DNA of 64,000 bases, from assembly GCA_963793265.1 (NCBI GenBank), contig CAWBZI010000007.1, forward strand, positions 64,001 to 128,000, in the 5' to 3' direction. Under the pieces are notes generated by a model that worked only from the letters and a program-made list of their open reading frames with translations, had not been told where the DNA came from and did no database searches. The DNA is from an uncultured cyanobacterium (lineage in GTDB: Bacteria; Cyanobacteriota; Cyanobacteriia; Phormidesmidales; Phormidesmidaceae). Both the position numbers and the translations under genes were made by a program. Below are positions 1-10,554 of this stretch, piece by piece (the stretch's first letter is position 1; every line of letters starts with the position of its first letter).

Positions 1-612
1 GGGCAGCTTAATACTCCCCAAGTGAGCCCCTTGAGCATCCAATCCTTGAAGACTCACGCAGTCTGGGAAAAACCCGCCCACAAGTGGCATATCACTCATA
101 GCCTCAGAGGTAGGCATCCACTCCACTCGCGAGGAAATTTTAGTGAAGAAATTTCCACTACAGCCTTTCGTGAGCTTTTGCAGCGCGCCAATACGGCCAG
201 CACTAGAAGTTTCAACAGCTTTAACATCATTTAGTAGTCTCCAGGCTTCGTTGTGAGCAGCCTCACGACGATTATCGGCTTCCATTACAAAAAGAAAAAG
301 TCCTGAGAAAATAGTCAAATGACTTAAAATCGTACCGGCTCGCTTTACCAGGGGAATCACTTTCCCGACCACACGAACTCTTCTCTCTTTGTAGGCTGCA
401 AACATCTCTTTGTAGACGCTTGTCTCAATATCAGAAGCCTTGGCCTGCCTGATTAAAAGATAGTCGCGCGCCAGCCTATCTTTGACATTTAGCAAACCCT
501 CAAACTCTGCCCGCAAATGCTCAATATCTAGACTTTGACCTGTCTCTGCTGAAGGTTTTTTATCTGCCGAGTCAGCGTCAGGTTTAAATACCTTTGAAGG
601 CAACCGCTTCAT
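1..612 (-). CDS. Probable pentapeptide-repeat membrane protein, N-terminal part (runs off window start)
   Basis: Not in the ORF track. Manual translation from ATG 612 is open to base 1: MKRLPSKVF...TILSHLTIFSGLFLFVMEADNRREAAHNEAWRLL...SSAGRIGALQKL...CVSLQGLDAQGAHLGSIKLP (TM segment, then start of A/L-type pentapeptide repeats). Confidence 0.65.
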   Translation of the reverse strand, partial: MKRLPSKVFKPDADSADKKPSAETGQSLDIEHLRAEFEGLLNVKDRLARDYLLIRQAKASDIETSVYKEMFAAYKERRVRVVGKVIPLVKRAGTILSHLTIFSGLFLFVMEADNRREAAHNEAWRLLNDVKAVETSSAGRIGALQKLTKGCSGNFFTKISSRVEWMPTSEAMSDMPLVGGFFPDCVSLQGLDAQGAHLGSIKLP

Positions 613-872
613 ATGAGGTGTCCAGCTTGTTTTATTCGATCGAGGCTCAGAACTAACGTTTACCATCTTTCAAGTCCGCACTCGCGACACCTACTTATCA
701 GGGGCACAAGCAAACATTATGCAGTTCTTTCAAAAAGCTGGCTTTAAAGTCAGTTGCTAGGATAGTGGCGATCGCATATTACCCTACCGAGTACCTGACC
801 TCTGCCAGCTAACGCCATACATTAGAACCCAAGGACAACACATCAAATGCATCTACAAAAAAGGAACACACT

Positions 873-1415
873 ATGTCTTCAGTTACACTTCCAACAACAA
901 CTCTGAGCATTGGCAGCAACGGTGCTGAGGTGAAGGAACTGCAAACGCTTTTGCTTAAGCAAGTCAACATTCAGGGCCTTAGTGCAGACGGTGACTTTGG
1001 CGAAATTACTCAGCTAGCCGTCAGGGTTTTTCAGCTTCGTAACTTCTTAGCAGCAGATGGTATCGTTGGCCCACAAACGCGCGCTGTTTTGGTCAATGGA
1101 GGCGTCGGACACCTGCCTATCTTGCGTCGGAACAGTCAGGGCGAAATCGTAGAACGGTTGCAGCGAGCAATGTCGCTGGGTGATGAAACAGGCCCGGCAA
1201 ACGACATTCAACAGTTTGCAGGCACAAGGGGATTTTACTTTGGTAATATTGACGGCGACTTTGGCCCGGCGACTGAGAAAGCAGTAAAAGCGCTTCAGCA
1301 GTCACCCGTTGTCGGATCGCGCCAGCCCCTTTCTACGGTTGATGGCATTGTCGGGCCAAAAACCTGGGAGCAACTGAAATCGTTGGTTGCCCTAACTTCT
1401 CACGTCGGCCTCTAG
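873..1415 (+). CDS. Peptidoglycan-binding domain protein (two PG_binding_1 domains)
   Basis: Repeated LxxGSxGxxVxxLQ...DGDFGxxTxxAV...DGIVGPxT motifs; AAGGA RBS upstream. Confidence 0.85.
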   Translation: MSSVTLPTTTLSIGSNGAEVKELQTLLLKQVNIQGLSADGDFGEITQLAVRVFQLRNFLAADGIVGPQTRAVLVNGGVGHLPILRRNSQGEIVERLQRAMSLGDETGPANDIQQFAGTRGFYFGNIDGDFGPATEKAVKALQQSPVVGSRQPLSTVDGIVGPKTWEQLKSLVALTSHVGL

Positions 1416-1461
1416 AGGCAAATCACACACAGTCTATTGATTCAAGCTTGGATTTAACCTG

Positions 1462-1495
1462 TCTCTCCGCACAAGCACATGTGCGGAGAGATTTT
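1462..1495. terminator. Intrinsic terminator hairpin between convergent genes
   Basis: 12-bp perfect stem TCTCTCCGCACA/TGTGCGGAGAGA, 6-nt loop, followed by TTTT. Confidence 0.75.
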
Positions 1496-1509
1496 CTGAT
1501 TAAACCGCT

Positions 1510-2814
1510 TTAGTGATGGTGCGTGTGCTCAGCTCCAGCATGAGCGTGGCTCTTTTCAGCGTGCTCATGATGCTCGTTGTGAGCGTGCTCGTGGTGCTCA
1601 TGATGGTTGTTGTGAGCGTGCTCACCATGAGAATGTCCACTGTGAGCGCCAGCATGAACGCTTTGCTTATGGCCGTGATCATGACCGTGCGCGTGATCGT
1701 GGCTATGTGCATGATCAGAGGCTTCAAGCACACGCAGCTCAGGATTCACTGTAACAGGGGCAGATTCCAGTAGCGCCTGAATGTGCGTATCTGCCCAGTC
1801 GGCTACCATCTGCATAAACTCAGGATGGTCGTTTACGCAGTCCATTTGCACGTAAGTGACCTGCGGGTTCTTTCGGCGGAGCTGATGAATAATATGATCT
1901 ACATCTAGCAGCGTCTCGTGGTTCTCAGTAGCAAAGCCAATCGGCATCATCACCAGGGCAGTCGCGCCCAAGTCAATCACATTTTGACCGGCAACGGCCA
2001 TATTGGGCTGCGTCCAATCAATCAGTGGCGTGTCGTGGTTCATCCAGCCAATAGAGATGAGTGGATACTTGTAGATGAGCTTTTCGCGGACGGCTTCGTA
2101 GAGCTTTTGGCTCTCGTCAATACCGGAGGTGAAGCCTTTTGCCTTGTGAGGACAGCCGTGGTTTAGCAAGATAATGCCGGTTTGAGAAGGGAGGTGTGCA
2201 ACGGCAAGCTGCTTCTCAATTTTCTCTTCTACCATTTTGGCCAACAGAGAAATGTAGCGCTCCTCGTTGTAAAAAGAAGGAATGTAGCGGGTGCCTTTGA
2301 GCCAGTGCTCGCCTGCACCAGCAAGTTTAGTCAAGCCTTCGTTTACCTGCTCTACGGCAATGCCGCTGGTAAAAATAGAATCAACGACAAGTAGAGGATA
2401 GATCAGCAGCTTGCTGTAGCCTTCTTCTTTAATGGTGGCTAGCACTTGCTCAGGCAGATGAGGCGCACAAAAGTTAAATGCTTTGAATACCTTGACCTTA
2501 TCGCCCCAGCGCTGCTGCAAGCACTCTTCTACATTGGCGCGCTGGCTTTCAAAGATGGCGTTGTGAGGCGAGATAAAGTCGCCGTGCTGGTGGCTCCATT
2601 CGTGCAGATCAAACATCGCTAGCAGCTTTGCGAGCGGCGGATATATCCAGGTTGGAACCGGCGCAAATTTGGCCGTTAGCAGGTTCAGCGCTTGCTCGTT
2701 GTAGTTGGCAAAGTCTTCGTAGCTCTCGACTTCGCCGTAGCCCATGAGCAATACCGCCACGCGATCGTCAGTAGCAGTAGTCTCAGCAGCGTGATGGGTT
2801 TGAATAGCAGTCAT
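1510..2814 (-). CDS. Ferrochelatase-family (class II chelatase) protein with His-rich C-terminal tail
   Basis: VAVLLMGYGE start, NHGCP and GFATENHETLLDV motifs resemble HemH; about 70-aa His-rich tail; no CAB domain. Confidence 0.75.
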   Translation of the reverse strand: MTAIQTHHAAETTATDDRVAVLLMGYGEVESYEDFANYNEQALNLLTAKFAPVPTWIYPPLAKLLAMFDLHEWSHQHGDFISPHNAIFESQRANVEECLQQRWGDKVKVFKAFNFCAPHLPEQVLATIKEEGYSKLLIYPLLVVDSIFTSGIAVEQVNEGLTKLAGAGEHWLKGTRYIPSFYNEERYISLLAKMVEEKIEKQLAVAHLPSQTGIILLNHGCPHKAKGFTSGIDESQKLYEAVREKLIYKYPLISIGWMNHDTPLIDWTQPNMAVAGQNVIDLGATALVMMPIGFATENHETLLDVDHIIHQLRRKNPQVTYVQMDCVNDHPEFMQMVADWADTHIQALLESAPVTVNPELRVLEASDHAHSHDHAHGHDHGHKQSVHAGAHSGHSHGEHAHNNHHEHHEHAHNEHHEHAEKSHAHAGAEHTHHH

Positions 2815-3147
2815 ATACAGTTGTCTCAGTTCGGTGTTGTTTGCGGAATCGTCGGGTTGCTTTAGCCTTAAATAAAGCGAAGGCCGAAAGCATTTATTAA
2901 GCTGTTTCTAAAAGTATCTCAATCTCGTCTTTATATGAAGCTTTTTATGATTTGTCAGAGCAGTCGCCAATTGGTTATCTACGAGCAATAGAGATTAGGC
3001 TATCACTGAAAAAACGAAAGCATCGCATCACTATAGAAAGGCTTAACGATACTTTTTATCTATTGGAAGAAAATCTTTAGGTATTAGGAAAAAAGCCTGT
3101 TTTAGAGACAGCTAATCTCCGTTTAAAGGTAATCAATTTAAAGGCAG

Positions 3148-4278
3148 TTAATCTTCCCAGAGCCGTCTTCTTTTTTTACCGTTTAGCCGATGGTGAGTGT
3201 CTCGCAGCAGGTTTGGAATATCGAGCTGTTCAGGGCAGCGAGGTAAGCAATCGCCGCAGTCAGTGCAGCAGTTGCCTTTTTGGCCTGGAAACCAATGGCC
3301 CGCGTTTTCAAACATGCCGTAGCGATATTGGCCAAAGGCGGTCATGTCATAGGCGACAGCTAGGTTTCGTAAGCGCAATACTTCTGGAATGTTGATGGTC
3401 TCGGGGCAGGGCAGGCAGGCGTGACACTGGGAGCATAGGTCGCCTGCCAGAGTCTCCTGCTGCGTTTTGGTTAGTTGTGCGATCGCCCCCAATTCCCCCT
3501 CATCCAAAGGCCCCACATCATCCGCCACCTGCAAAGGCCAGTCCAGCTCAGCAGGCACCGCAGGCCCCATACTCAGCGTCGTAATTCTAGAATCACTCAG
3601 CAGCCAGCGGTAATTCAGCAGCAGCGGATCGTAAGGCGCGCAGAGGGCTTTGAGTTTTTCAGGTGGGGTGTAAAGCAGTCCGGCTTTGTCGGCAGGCGAA
3701 ATGATGAAAATGCCCATGTTTTGCTGATGGGCTCGTGCGATCGCTGCGGCGTTCCGCTGAAAAAAGTAGCTGTAGTGCAGGTTGATAAAGGAAAAAGACT
3801 GAGTAGCGATCGCCTTCAAAATCAAATCCAAAGGCCCATGCGTCGAAAACCCCACATGCCGAATTCGCCCGTCCGCCTGGGCCTGAGCCAGTGCGCCCAG
3901 CATTTTGTCTTGCGTCCATGCCAAATGAGCCGCCGTATTAATGCCGTGAATTGCCAGGCAGTCTATATAGTCTGTGTTGAGACGGGCTAAGGACTGATCG
4001 ATGGCGCGATCGGTTTCTTCAGCGGTGAGGGTGGGCGTTAGCTTGGTGGTTAAGAAAAGCTGCGCTCTGATGTTTATTGAACGGTTAAGGCGGGTGAGCG
4101 ATCGCCCAATATAGTCTTCACTAGCACCGTAGGCAGGGGCAGTTTCAAGATGGTTTATCCCACAGGCGATCGCCCGCTCAATCACCGCATCTGCAACATC
4201 TGCCGACTCGAACCGCATCGTGCCGAGCGAAAAAACGGACAGCCGCAAGCCGGTACTCCCAAACTGGCGATACTGCAT
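3148..4278 (-). CDS. Aldo/keto reductase with C-terminal 4Fe-4S dicluster domain
   Basis: MQYRQFGSTGLRLSVFSLGTMR, HLETAPAYG, VGFSTHG; CSQCHACLPCP and CTDCGDCLPRCP. Confidence 0.9.
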   Translation of the reverse strand: MQYRQFGSTGLRLSVFSLGTMRFESADVADAVIERAIACGINHLETAPAYGASEDYIGRSLTRLNRSINIRAQLFLTTKLTPTLTAEETDRAIDQSLARLNTDYIDCLAIHGINTAAHLAWTQDKMLGALAQAQADGRIRHVGFSTHGPLDLILKAIATQSFSFINLHYSYFFQRNAAAIARAHQQNMGIFIISPADKAGLLYTPPEKLKALCAPYDPLLLNYRWLLSDSRITTLSMGPAVPAELDWPLQVADDVGPLDEGELGAIAQLTKTQQETLAGDLCSQCHACLPCPETINIPEVLRLRNLAVAYDMTAFGQYRYGMFENAGHWFPGQKGNCCTDCGDCLPRCPEQLDIPNLLRDTHHRLNGKKRRRLWED

Positions 4279-4297
4279 AAGCGGTTAGGTAGACTGG

Positions 4298-4789
4298 TTA
4301 AGTAGATTGGCCGCGCTCAGCAAAATCAGCCGGGCTAATGTTTGAAAGGAAATCTTTAAAGGCTTCTTTCTCAGCCGTATCTGCGTCTCTATCAACCGGA
4401 TGCGCGGCGTCTAGCACCACCTCTTCCATCACCCAAATCGGTGCATTCACCCGCAGCGCTACCGAAATTGCATCGCTAGGACGCGCGTCTAGCTCCTTCT
4501 TTTTATCGCCTCGGCCTACCGTCATCACCGCATAGAACGTGTTGTCTCTCAGCGCGTGAATCACAATTCTTTGCAGCTTTAGCTCCCAGGCATTGAGCAT
4601 ATTCACAATCAAATCGTGCGTCATCGGACGAGAAGCCTTTTCGCCCTCTAGCACTGACTGGATGGCCCGCGCCTGCTCATGAGAAATAAAGATAGGAAGC
4701 TGCCGCCGCTGAGAGCTATCCCTTAACAAAACTATAGGGTTTCGACTGCCTGCATCTACGGCAATCCCTGCCACGTTCATCTCAATCAT
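4298..4789 (-). CDS. Bifunctional nuclease family protein (DUF151)
   Basis: LPIFI, RPMTHDL, DNTFYA, LDARPSDAI motifs. Confidence 0.9.
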   Translation of the reverse strand: MIEMNVAGIAVDAGSRNPIVLLRDSSQRRQLPIFISHEQARAIQSVLEGEKASRPMTHDLIVNMLNAWELKLQRIVIHALRDNTFYAVMTVGRGDKKKELDARPSDAISVALRVNAPIWVMEEVVLDAAHPVDRDADTAEKEAFKDFLSNISPADFAERGQST

Positions 4790-5129
4790 CGTTTAGTTCC
4801 TTGAACTCGCCAGGTAACGCTCACTAAACACGGCCTCATCAAAACAGAGTCGATATAAAATCAGGTTTTATATAGTCTATATAGGTTGGGATTATTTTCT
4901 CTATTAACTTGTCCTAATATCAACAATCCTTATCGAAAATATGACACAGGTAATTTGACTTGTCCATTGATTGTTGCAAGGGTTCACTGTAGAACTTAGG
5001 AGCAAGCAAGCGGAAAACAAAGAAAGCGCTAGCTACGTTACATTTTTTGTGCCGTCATCAAATGGATGAAAGCGGTAATATGAAGCTTCAAATACGCCAA
5101 AACTCCTATTCTATAAGGCCATCACAACC

Positions 5130-5807
5130 GTGTTTACAGGACTTGTTCAAAGCGTCGGGCAGCTTCAGCACTTGGGCCCCTACCAGCTCAAAATTACCTG
5201 CGCAACGCCAGGCGATCGCGTTCTACAAGGCATTGAACTAGGCGACAGTATTGCAGTCGATGGCGTGTGCCTCACCGTTGAGAAAATACTGTCCAAAGGG
5301 TTTGTTGCCTCTGCCTCGCCTGAAACGCTGGCAAAATCAACCCTGGGCGAAGTGGTGGATAACGGCCAGGTGAACTTAGAGCCTTCGCTGCGGGTGGGCG
5401 CTAAGATTGGCGGACATTTTGTGACCGGGCACGTGGACGGGATGGGTCAGCTAGAAAGGGCTGAGCGAGTGGCAAATGCGTGGGAAATTTCCTTTCGAGA
5501 AATCAGCGATCGCGTGGCTCGATACATCGTGAACAAAGGCAGCATCGCCGTCAACGGCATCAGCCTTACGGTGGCTGAATGCAGTCCTTCTGGCGACTGG
5601 TTCTCTACGGCGGTCATTCCGGTTACCTACGCAGAGACGAATCTGCAATACCTGAGTCCCGGTGATTGGGTGAATTTGGAGGGCGATGTGCTGGGTAAAT
5701 ATGTGGAGAAATTTGCCCTGGGTCGCGGCGATGCTGAAGTGCCTGTTAACGATCCAGCCGTAGGACTCTCGATGTCTTTTTTAGCTGAGAATGGCTATAT
5801 GTCCTAG
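5130..5807 (+). CDS. ribE: Riboflavin synthase (alpha chain)
   Basis: MFTGLV N-terminus, DSIAVDGVCLTV, GGHFVTGHVDG, KGSIAVNGISLTV, VNLEGD. Confidence 0.95.
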   Translation: MFTGLVQSVGQLQHLGPYQLKITCATPGDRVLQGIELGDSIAVDGVCLTVEKILSKGFVASASPETLAKSTLGEVVDNGQVNLEPSLRVGAKIGGHFVTGHVDGMGQLERAERVANAWEISFREISDRVARYIVNKGSIAVNGISLTVAECSPSGDWFSTAVIPVTYAETNLQYLSPGDWVNLEGDVLGKYVEKFALGRGDAEVPVNDPAVGLSMSFLAENGYMS

Positions 5808-5821
5808 CCGTGTGATCGCTC

Positions 5822-6394
5822 TCAAGGACAGTACAGCGTCTCTCGCGTCTCGCGTCCGGTCACCGGATTTACGCCGTCTGCCGTTTCGCACAGCATTCTA
5901 TTCACTCTCGGATCAAACAGCACATCGGTGAAGTCAGCGCCTTCGATATTGGCACCGCGAAAGTCAGCGCTGATTACGTACGCGCCTTCTAAAATAGCGT
6001 CTTTGAGATTGGCCTTAATCAGCGTTGCGCCGTCTAGCGTCGCGCCTGTGAGGTTAGCGCCTTCTAAATTAGCGCGGTCTAAATGGCTCGTGAACATCCT
6101 GACGCCCACTAAGTTCGTGCCGCTAAGATCCGATTCTGTTAGATCAGCGCGGGTGTAGTCGTTATCAGTCAGGTCTTGGCCGGAGAAGTCTTGCTGGCGA
6201 AGGTTTTTGCGGTCGTAGTTTTCAGCGTGAGCCGCGTCGGTGCTGATAGTAGCTGATCCGATGAGGAGGGCGATCGCTAGCACTAATGTCATCGTCAAAG
6301 GCAAAAGCCGCTTCAGGTTTATCGCCTGTCTGCTTAGCCTTGTGGTGGCAATCTTTAGACCCTTGAACACTGCTTTTATCAAAATAAACCTCAA
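5822..6394 (-). CDS. Exported/thylakoid-lumen pentapeptide repeat protein
   Basis: Signal peptide ending AHA, A(D/N)L repeats, C-terminal LCETADGVNPVTGRETRETLYCP typical of lumenal pentapeptide proteins; true start may be downstream. Confidence 0.85.
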   Translation of the reverse strand: MRFILIKAVFKGLKIATTRLSRQAINLKRLLPLTMTLVLAIALLIGSATISTDAAHAENYDRKNLRQQDFSGQDLTDNDYTRADLTESDLSGTNLVGVRMFTSHLDRANLEGANLTGATLDGATLIKANLKDAILEGAYVISADFRGANIEGADFTDVLFDPRVNRMLCETADGVNPVTGRETRETLYCP

Positions 6395-6610
6395 CCGCTT
6401 TAAGCTCCAGACCTTAGATCTTACTGGAGATTTTACCGGAGATGAGGCGATCGCTCCTTAGTTCCGACTCAAATATTTGTACAGCGCGTTACGTCTTTTT
6501 TCAGCAACGGTTAAGAATCAACGGTCTGATCGACCTAACATAATTCTGTATATGTATTTCTACACAAGTGCTTCTATCGCCTCATCCACGCCCAGTTTCC
6601 CAGCAATTCT

Positions 6611-7470
6611 ATGGATATCTCTTTAAATCAATCTTCTTTAGCTAGCACGCTAACGGCCAGCGAACTTCAGCAGCTTGCCAAAGCAGGTACCCTTGCAGCT
6701 ATTAAGTCCGGTATGGTTTTGCTCTCAGAAGGTCAGGTGTGCGACGCTTTGTATCTGCTACTGCAAGGCACCCTCAACGTATTTAAAACAGAAAAGCTAG
6801 AAAATGGTACAACTGTTGGCACCGAACAGCTAGGGCATCTAGAGCCCGGCGCGATGGCAGGCGAGGTGGGTCTTTTGATGCAAATGACTTCGCCTGTCAC
6901 CTACCGAGCAGCGACCGACTGCCAGGTATTTATACTTTCGCGTACAGCCTACGAGCAATGGGCAGTCACAGCGCCTGAGCTAAGCCGAAAGCTAGCTAGC
7001 AGCATCGCCCGCGAGTTTGATCAAAAGCTGGCGGCGATTATGGCGCAAGTTACCAGCCTGCTGAGCGACCACGAGAGCCTGGTGCAAACGGTGGCGCGGC
7101 TAAAAGAAAAAGGCGGTGCCCGGAATCTATTGAGCTGCAAAATCAGCTGCACTCACAGGTTCAAGAATGCCAAATGAAATCGAACTCGCTGAAGCGCCGC
7201 ACGTATTCGATGGCTCAAGAGCGCAATAAAGCCCGTTCGGTAGTGCAAAATACACAGCTTTTGGTTGGCGTGTTAGGAAGTGCGGTGGCGCTGCTGCTAG
7301 TCGGCAATATTTTAGGGTGGGCGAAGGCACTTTCTGGGCCTGGGGGTAGTGCGATCGCCCACCCCACAGAAGTCCCTTACGTCACATCCAAACCACAGTG
7401 CGAGAGGCGCTCGGGTTCAGTTTGGGCAAATGGAAAGTGCCTCGACTTCGAGCACGATCCTTCTTTTTGA
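6611..7470 (+). pseudogene. Cyclic-nucleotide-binding domain membrane protein split by a single frameshift (ORFs 6611-7177 and 7174-7470)
   Basis: cNMP domain (LYLLLQG...GEVGLL...RAATDC). Adding one C at GCCCGG (~7118-7121) joins KEKGGA to PESIELQNQLHSQVQECQMKSN..., then TM helix and a short Cys-pair domain. May be a sequencing error. Confidence 0.7.
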
Positions 7471-7476
7471 ATGCCT

Positions 7477-9150
7477 CTAGAAGATAGACTTGCCCAGTTC
7501 CTTAATTCTGTTCATAATCGGCTGCTCAGCATTTAGCACCGTACGCGCACAGTTACGACCCGGCATTCCTGAAATTGCACCGCCGGGATGAGTGCCTGCG
7601 CCCGTGAGATAAAGGCCATCAATCGGGGTGGTGTAGTTGGCAATCTCGGGCAGTGGGCGGAAAAACACCATCTGATCGAGGGTCATATCTACGTGGTAGT
7701 AGTTGCCTTTGTAAGCGCCGAGGCGATCGCCCAGCTCAGCCGGACTCTCCACATTACGCGCAATAATCGACTGCTTAATATTCGGCGCATAGTCAGCAAA
7801 CTTATCCATCACCCGATCAGCCGCCTTGTTCTTCAGCTCATCCGTCCAACCCGTGCCAAACTGCCCGGTGCCTTCTGCGCCCGCAATCTGATACGGCGCA
7901 AAAAACTCAATCCAAAGCGTATGCTGCCCGTCCGGTGCCATACTCGGATCGCGCACTGTCGGCACCACTGCATAGAAAGAAGGATCGTCTAGCGGAATAT
8001 TGCCAACTGACGGCTCGGTGTGAGCAATCTCTACATGGCGAACAGAATCAGCAATTAGCACAGAGCCAACCAGATACTCATCACGATGGTTGTGATGCTC
8101 AAACCTTGGCGCTTCTGAAAGGGCACAGTCAATCCGCATAATCGTCTCATTGTTGTTCACAATCCGGCGATCCAACCGTTCCCTTAGCTCCGTGTCTGCC
8201 GCCGCCACCTCGCCCGGCTCTAGTAGCTGCAAAAACACCCGTTTCGCATCAATATTAGAAATCACGCCTTTGGTCGCCCGGTACTCATCAATACCACCAG
8301 GGCCAGCCGCTTCAACGCCGACCGCCTTCTTCCCATCGACCAAGATGCGCTTCACCGTTTGCTCGGTAAAAATCTTGCCACCTTTATCAGTCACCAGCTT
8401 CACCAGTGCGCCTACTAACGCACCCGTGCCGCCCCTCGGCCTTGCCATACCCGGATCGTGACGCATAGACATCATCATGCCGCCGACTGAAATTGTCTTT
8501 TGCGACGGCGGTGCGCCAAATTCTGAAGCTAGACGAGCCAAGGGCGCTCTGATAAATTCAGAATCGAAATACTCTTCTAGCAAGTCTTTGGGACTTGTCA
8601 GCATTGTGCGAATGAGGTCAAGAGATTTATGAGGCCCGCCTAAAATGCTCAGCAGGTTTTGAATACTCTTGATATCGTAGTTGCCCAAGATGTCAAAGAT
8701 TGCCTGGGGTGGTGCGTTAAATACCGGTTGAATCGCCTTCGTAAAACGCTGCCAGAAGTCAATGAACTCTCTGTATTTTTCAGCATCGCGTTTGTTGAAC
8801 TGCGCGATTTCTTCACAGGTTTTATCGAGCGAACGGTGCGACAAAAAGTATTTGCCGTCAGGGTGCGGGCAAAAGACAGTCGGATCGCAAAACAGATATT
8901 CCAGACCATATTTGTTTAGCTCCAGTTCTTCAACAACCGGCCCCAAGTGAATAAATTCGTGGTCAATCGCGCATCGATTAAACTGAAAGCCAGGCGCTTC
9001 TTCGGGCATAAGTTCTTCGGTTGTTGCCGCACCGCCTGGAATAGAGCGCTTTTCTAGTAGCGCTACGCTATAGCCTGCTTTCAATAAGTAAGATGCGCAC
9101 ACCAGTCCGTTATGACCAGCGCCAATAACAACAAAATCGTAGGTTTGCAT
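7477..9150 (-). CDS. crtO: Beta-carotene ketolase CrtO (CrtI-family FAD oxidoreductase)
   Basis: IGAGHNGLVCA, PGGAATTEE...APGFQFNRCAIDHEFIHLGPVVEELEL, GAGTHPGGAISGMPGRNCA, as in cyanobacterial CrtO. Confidence 0.88.
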   Translation of the reverse strand: MQTYDFVVIGAGHNGLVCASYLLKAGYSVALLEKRSIPGGAATTEELMPEEAPGFQFNRCAIDHEFIHLGPVVEELELNKYGLEYLFCDPTVFCPHPDGKYFLSHRSLDKTCEEIAQFNKRDAEKYREFIDFWQRFTKAIQPVFNAPPQAIFDILGNYDIKSIQNLLSILGGPHKSLDLIRTMLTSPKDLLEEYFDSEFIRAPLARLASEFGAPPSQKTISVGGMMMSMRHDPGMARPRGGTGALVGALVKLVTDKGGKIFTEQTVKRILVDGKKAVGVEAAGPGGIDEYRATKGVISNIDAKRVFLQLLEPGEVAAADTELRERLDRRIVNNNETIMRIDCALSEAPRFEHHNHRDEYLVGSVLIADSVRHVEIAHTEPSVGNIPLDDPSFYAVVPTVRDPSMAPDGQHTLWIEFFAPYQIAGAEGTGQFGTGWTDELKNKAADRVMDKFADYAPNIKQSIIARNVESPAELGDRLGAYKGNYYHVDMTLDQMVFFRPLPEIANYTTPIDGLYLTGAGTHPGGAISGMPGRNCARTVLNAEQPIMNRIKELGKSIF

Positions 9151-9307
9151 AAAAAAGAGCTTCTCGAAGCGGGAGGGCAGTGCGGCATACGAACCGGCTC
9201 TTTTGTGATATCGAAGATTTTTAGTCGTCGGGTCTGTCGAAATACAGAGATGCTAGGCGTCTTAAGGCAGTAAGTGGGTAATAGAGCAATGGTCGATTAA
9301 GCAAGCT

Positions 9308-10345
9308 TCAGTTCAAAGTTTCGTCGAGATAGTGGTGATCTCGATGTCCGTTACTGTAACCGTTGCCGCTGTTGTAGCCGCTGCCGCTGCCATAGCCATT
9401 AGTAGACGTAGGGGTGTTACCAGAGCTGCCGCTGGTGAGCTGGCGCGGGCGACTAATCGGATGTGTAATATTGAACTGGTTAAAGTCAATCACGCGTCTG
9501 CCGTCGGCTTTGGTAAGTAAAACGTCAGCGAAGCGGTAGTCCCACTGGATGTCTTCGGCAGTGAAGGTATGGCGGGCGTGGATGGTTTGGGCCAGGGTTT
9601 CGTCGAGGCCAGTGAGGGTAACAATGATTTCGGCGCGATCGCGACTTAAAGTCGCCATCGTATCGCCATCTAGCAAACCACCCGGCAAAATTTGGTGCAT
9701 GGCCGTCCACGTAAGGCTAAATACTGGGGTATGCGATCGCACCAGTTGAATATCGTGAAAGCGCCGCATAAAATCGCCCTCAGTGCTGTATTCATCGCGC
9801 ACCAGCGTCACCCATAGCTGCGCTTCTAAAATATAGTTTTTACGCTTATTCGCCGTGCGAAACATCAGCGTCGGTACACCGTTAAAAGGCGCAATTACAG
9901 CCACATTGCTAAACAAAATGCGAGCCGTTGGCAAAGAGAACCGGGCAAATACCAGTCCGGTTGTCGTTGCAATAAAGAACAGTCCAACCAGCGACTCTAG
10001 CACCACTAGCCAGTGGGTGAACACGCTGTTGGGATACATCGCGCCGTAGCCAATCGAGGCCATCGTTTGGACGCTAAAAAAAAATAGCTCTTGAAACTCC
10101 TTTGGCCCTTCGCCATTTACCGTCGCAATGCCGTCGCCAAAGCTGTATAAAAAGGCAAATAGCGCGTTCACTAGCAAGTAGAGCACGCTGGTCAGGCTAA
10201 TAAACGACACCCACGGCATTGTTAGCAGCAGATGATAAATATCGCCCCAATATGAATGAGGATCGCCAATCCGCTCAATTTCTGGATAGGAGCTGTTCCC
10301 GACAAAGAACTTTTTAGACGCGCGCCGAAGCTGAGGCCGAAGCAT
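9308..10345 (-). CDS. Inward-rectifier potassium channel (KirBac family)
   Basis: DIYHLLLTMPW slide helix, FFFSVQTMASIGYG filter, FARFS, PTLMFR, TWTAMH. Confidence 0.92.
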   Translation of the reverse strand: MLRPQLRRASKKFFVGNSSYPEIERIGDPHSYWGDIYHLLLTMPWVSFISLTSVLYLLVNALFAFLYSFGDGIATVNGEGPKEFQELFFFSVQTMASIGYGAMYPNSVFTHWLVVLESLVGLFFIATTTGLVFARFSLPTARILFSNVAVIAPFNGVPTLMFRTANKRKNYILEAQLWVTLVRDEYSTEGDFMRRFHDIQLVRSHTPVFSLTWTAMHQILPGGLLDGDTMATLSRDRAEIIVTLTGLDETLAQTIHARHTFTAEDIQWDYRFADVLLTKADGRRVIDFNQFNITHPISRPRQLTSGSSGNTPTSTNGYGSGSGYNSGNGYSNGHRDHHYLDETLN

Positions 10346-10554
10346 GGTTTCTCCTAAAGAAGCGTAAGCCCAAGGGCAACCTACAAGATAACAACTACTG
10401 TCGATTTAGCGTATCAGCACTGCCTGTAGCCTAACTGCTCCGTACGAACGCTTGCTTTTGCGGCGTTACAAGGCCGTAATCGGCACGAGGGAGCATATTT
10501 TGATACGGCGATGGGTAATAATAGCCAAAAGTCGTTGGAGTTAATAAAGTCACT

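Noticed and set aside
1500..1773. ORFs 1513-1773(+) and 1500-1733(-)
   Set aside because: Shadow frames of the His-rich tail of the chelatase gene.
10045..10065. SIGYG instead of TIGYG in the KirBac filter
   Set aside because: Conservative change that I recall being common in cyanobacterial homologs; no grounds for altered selectivity.
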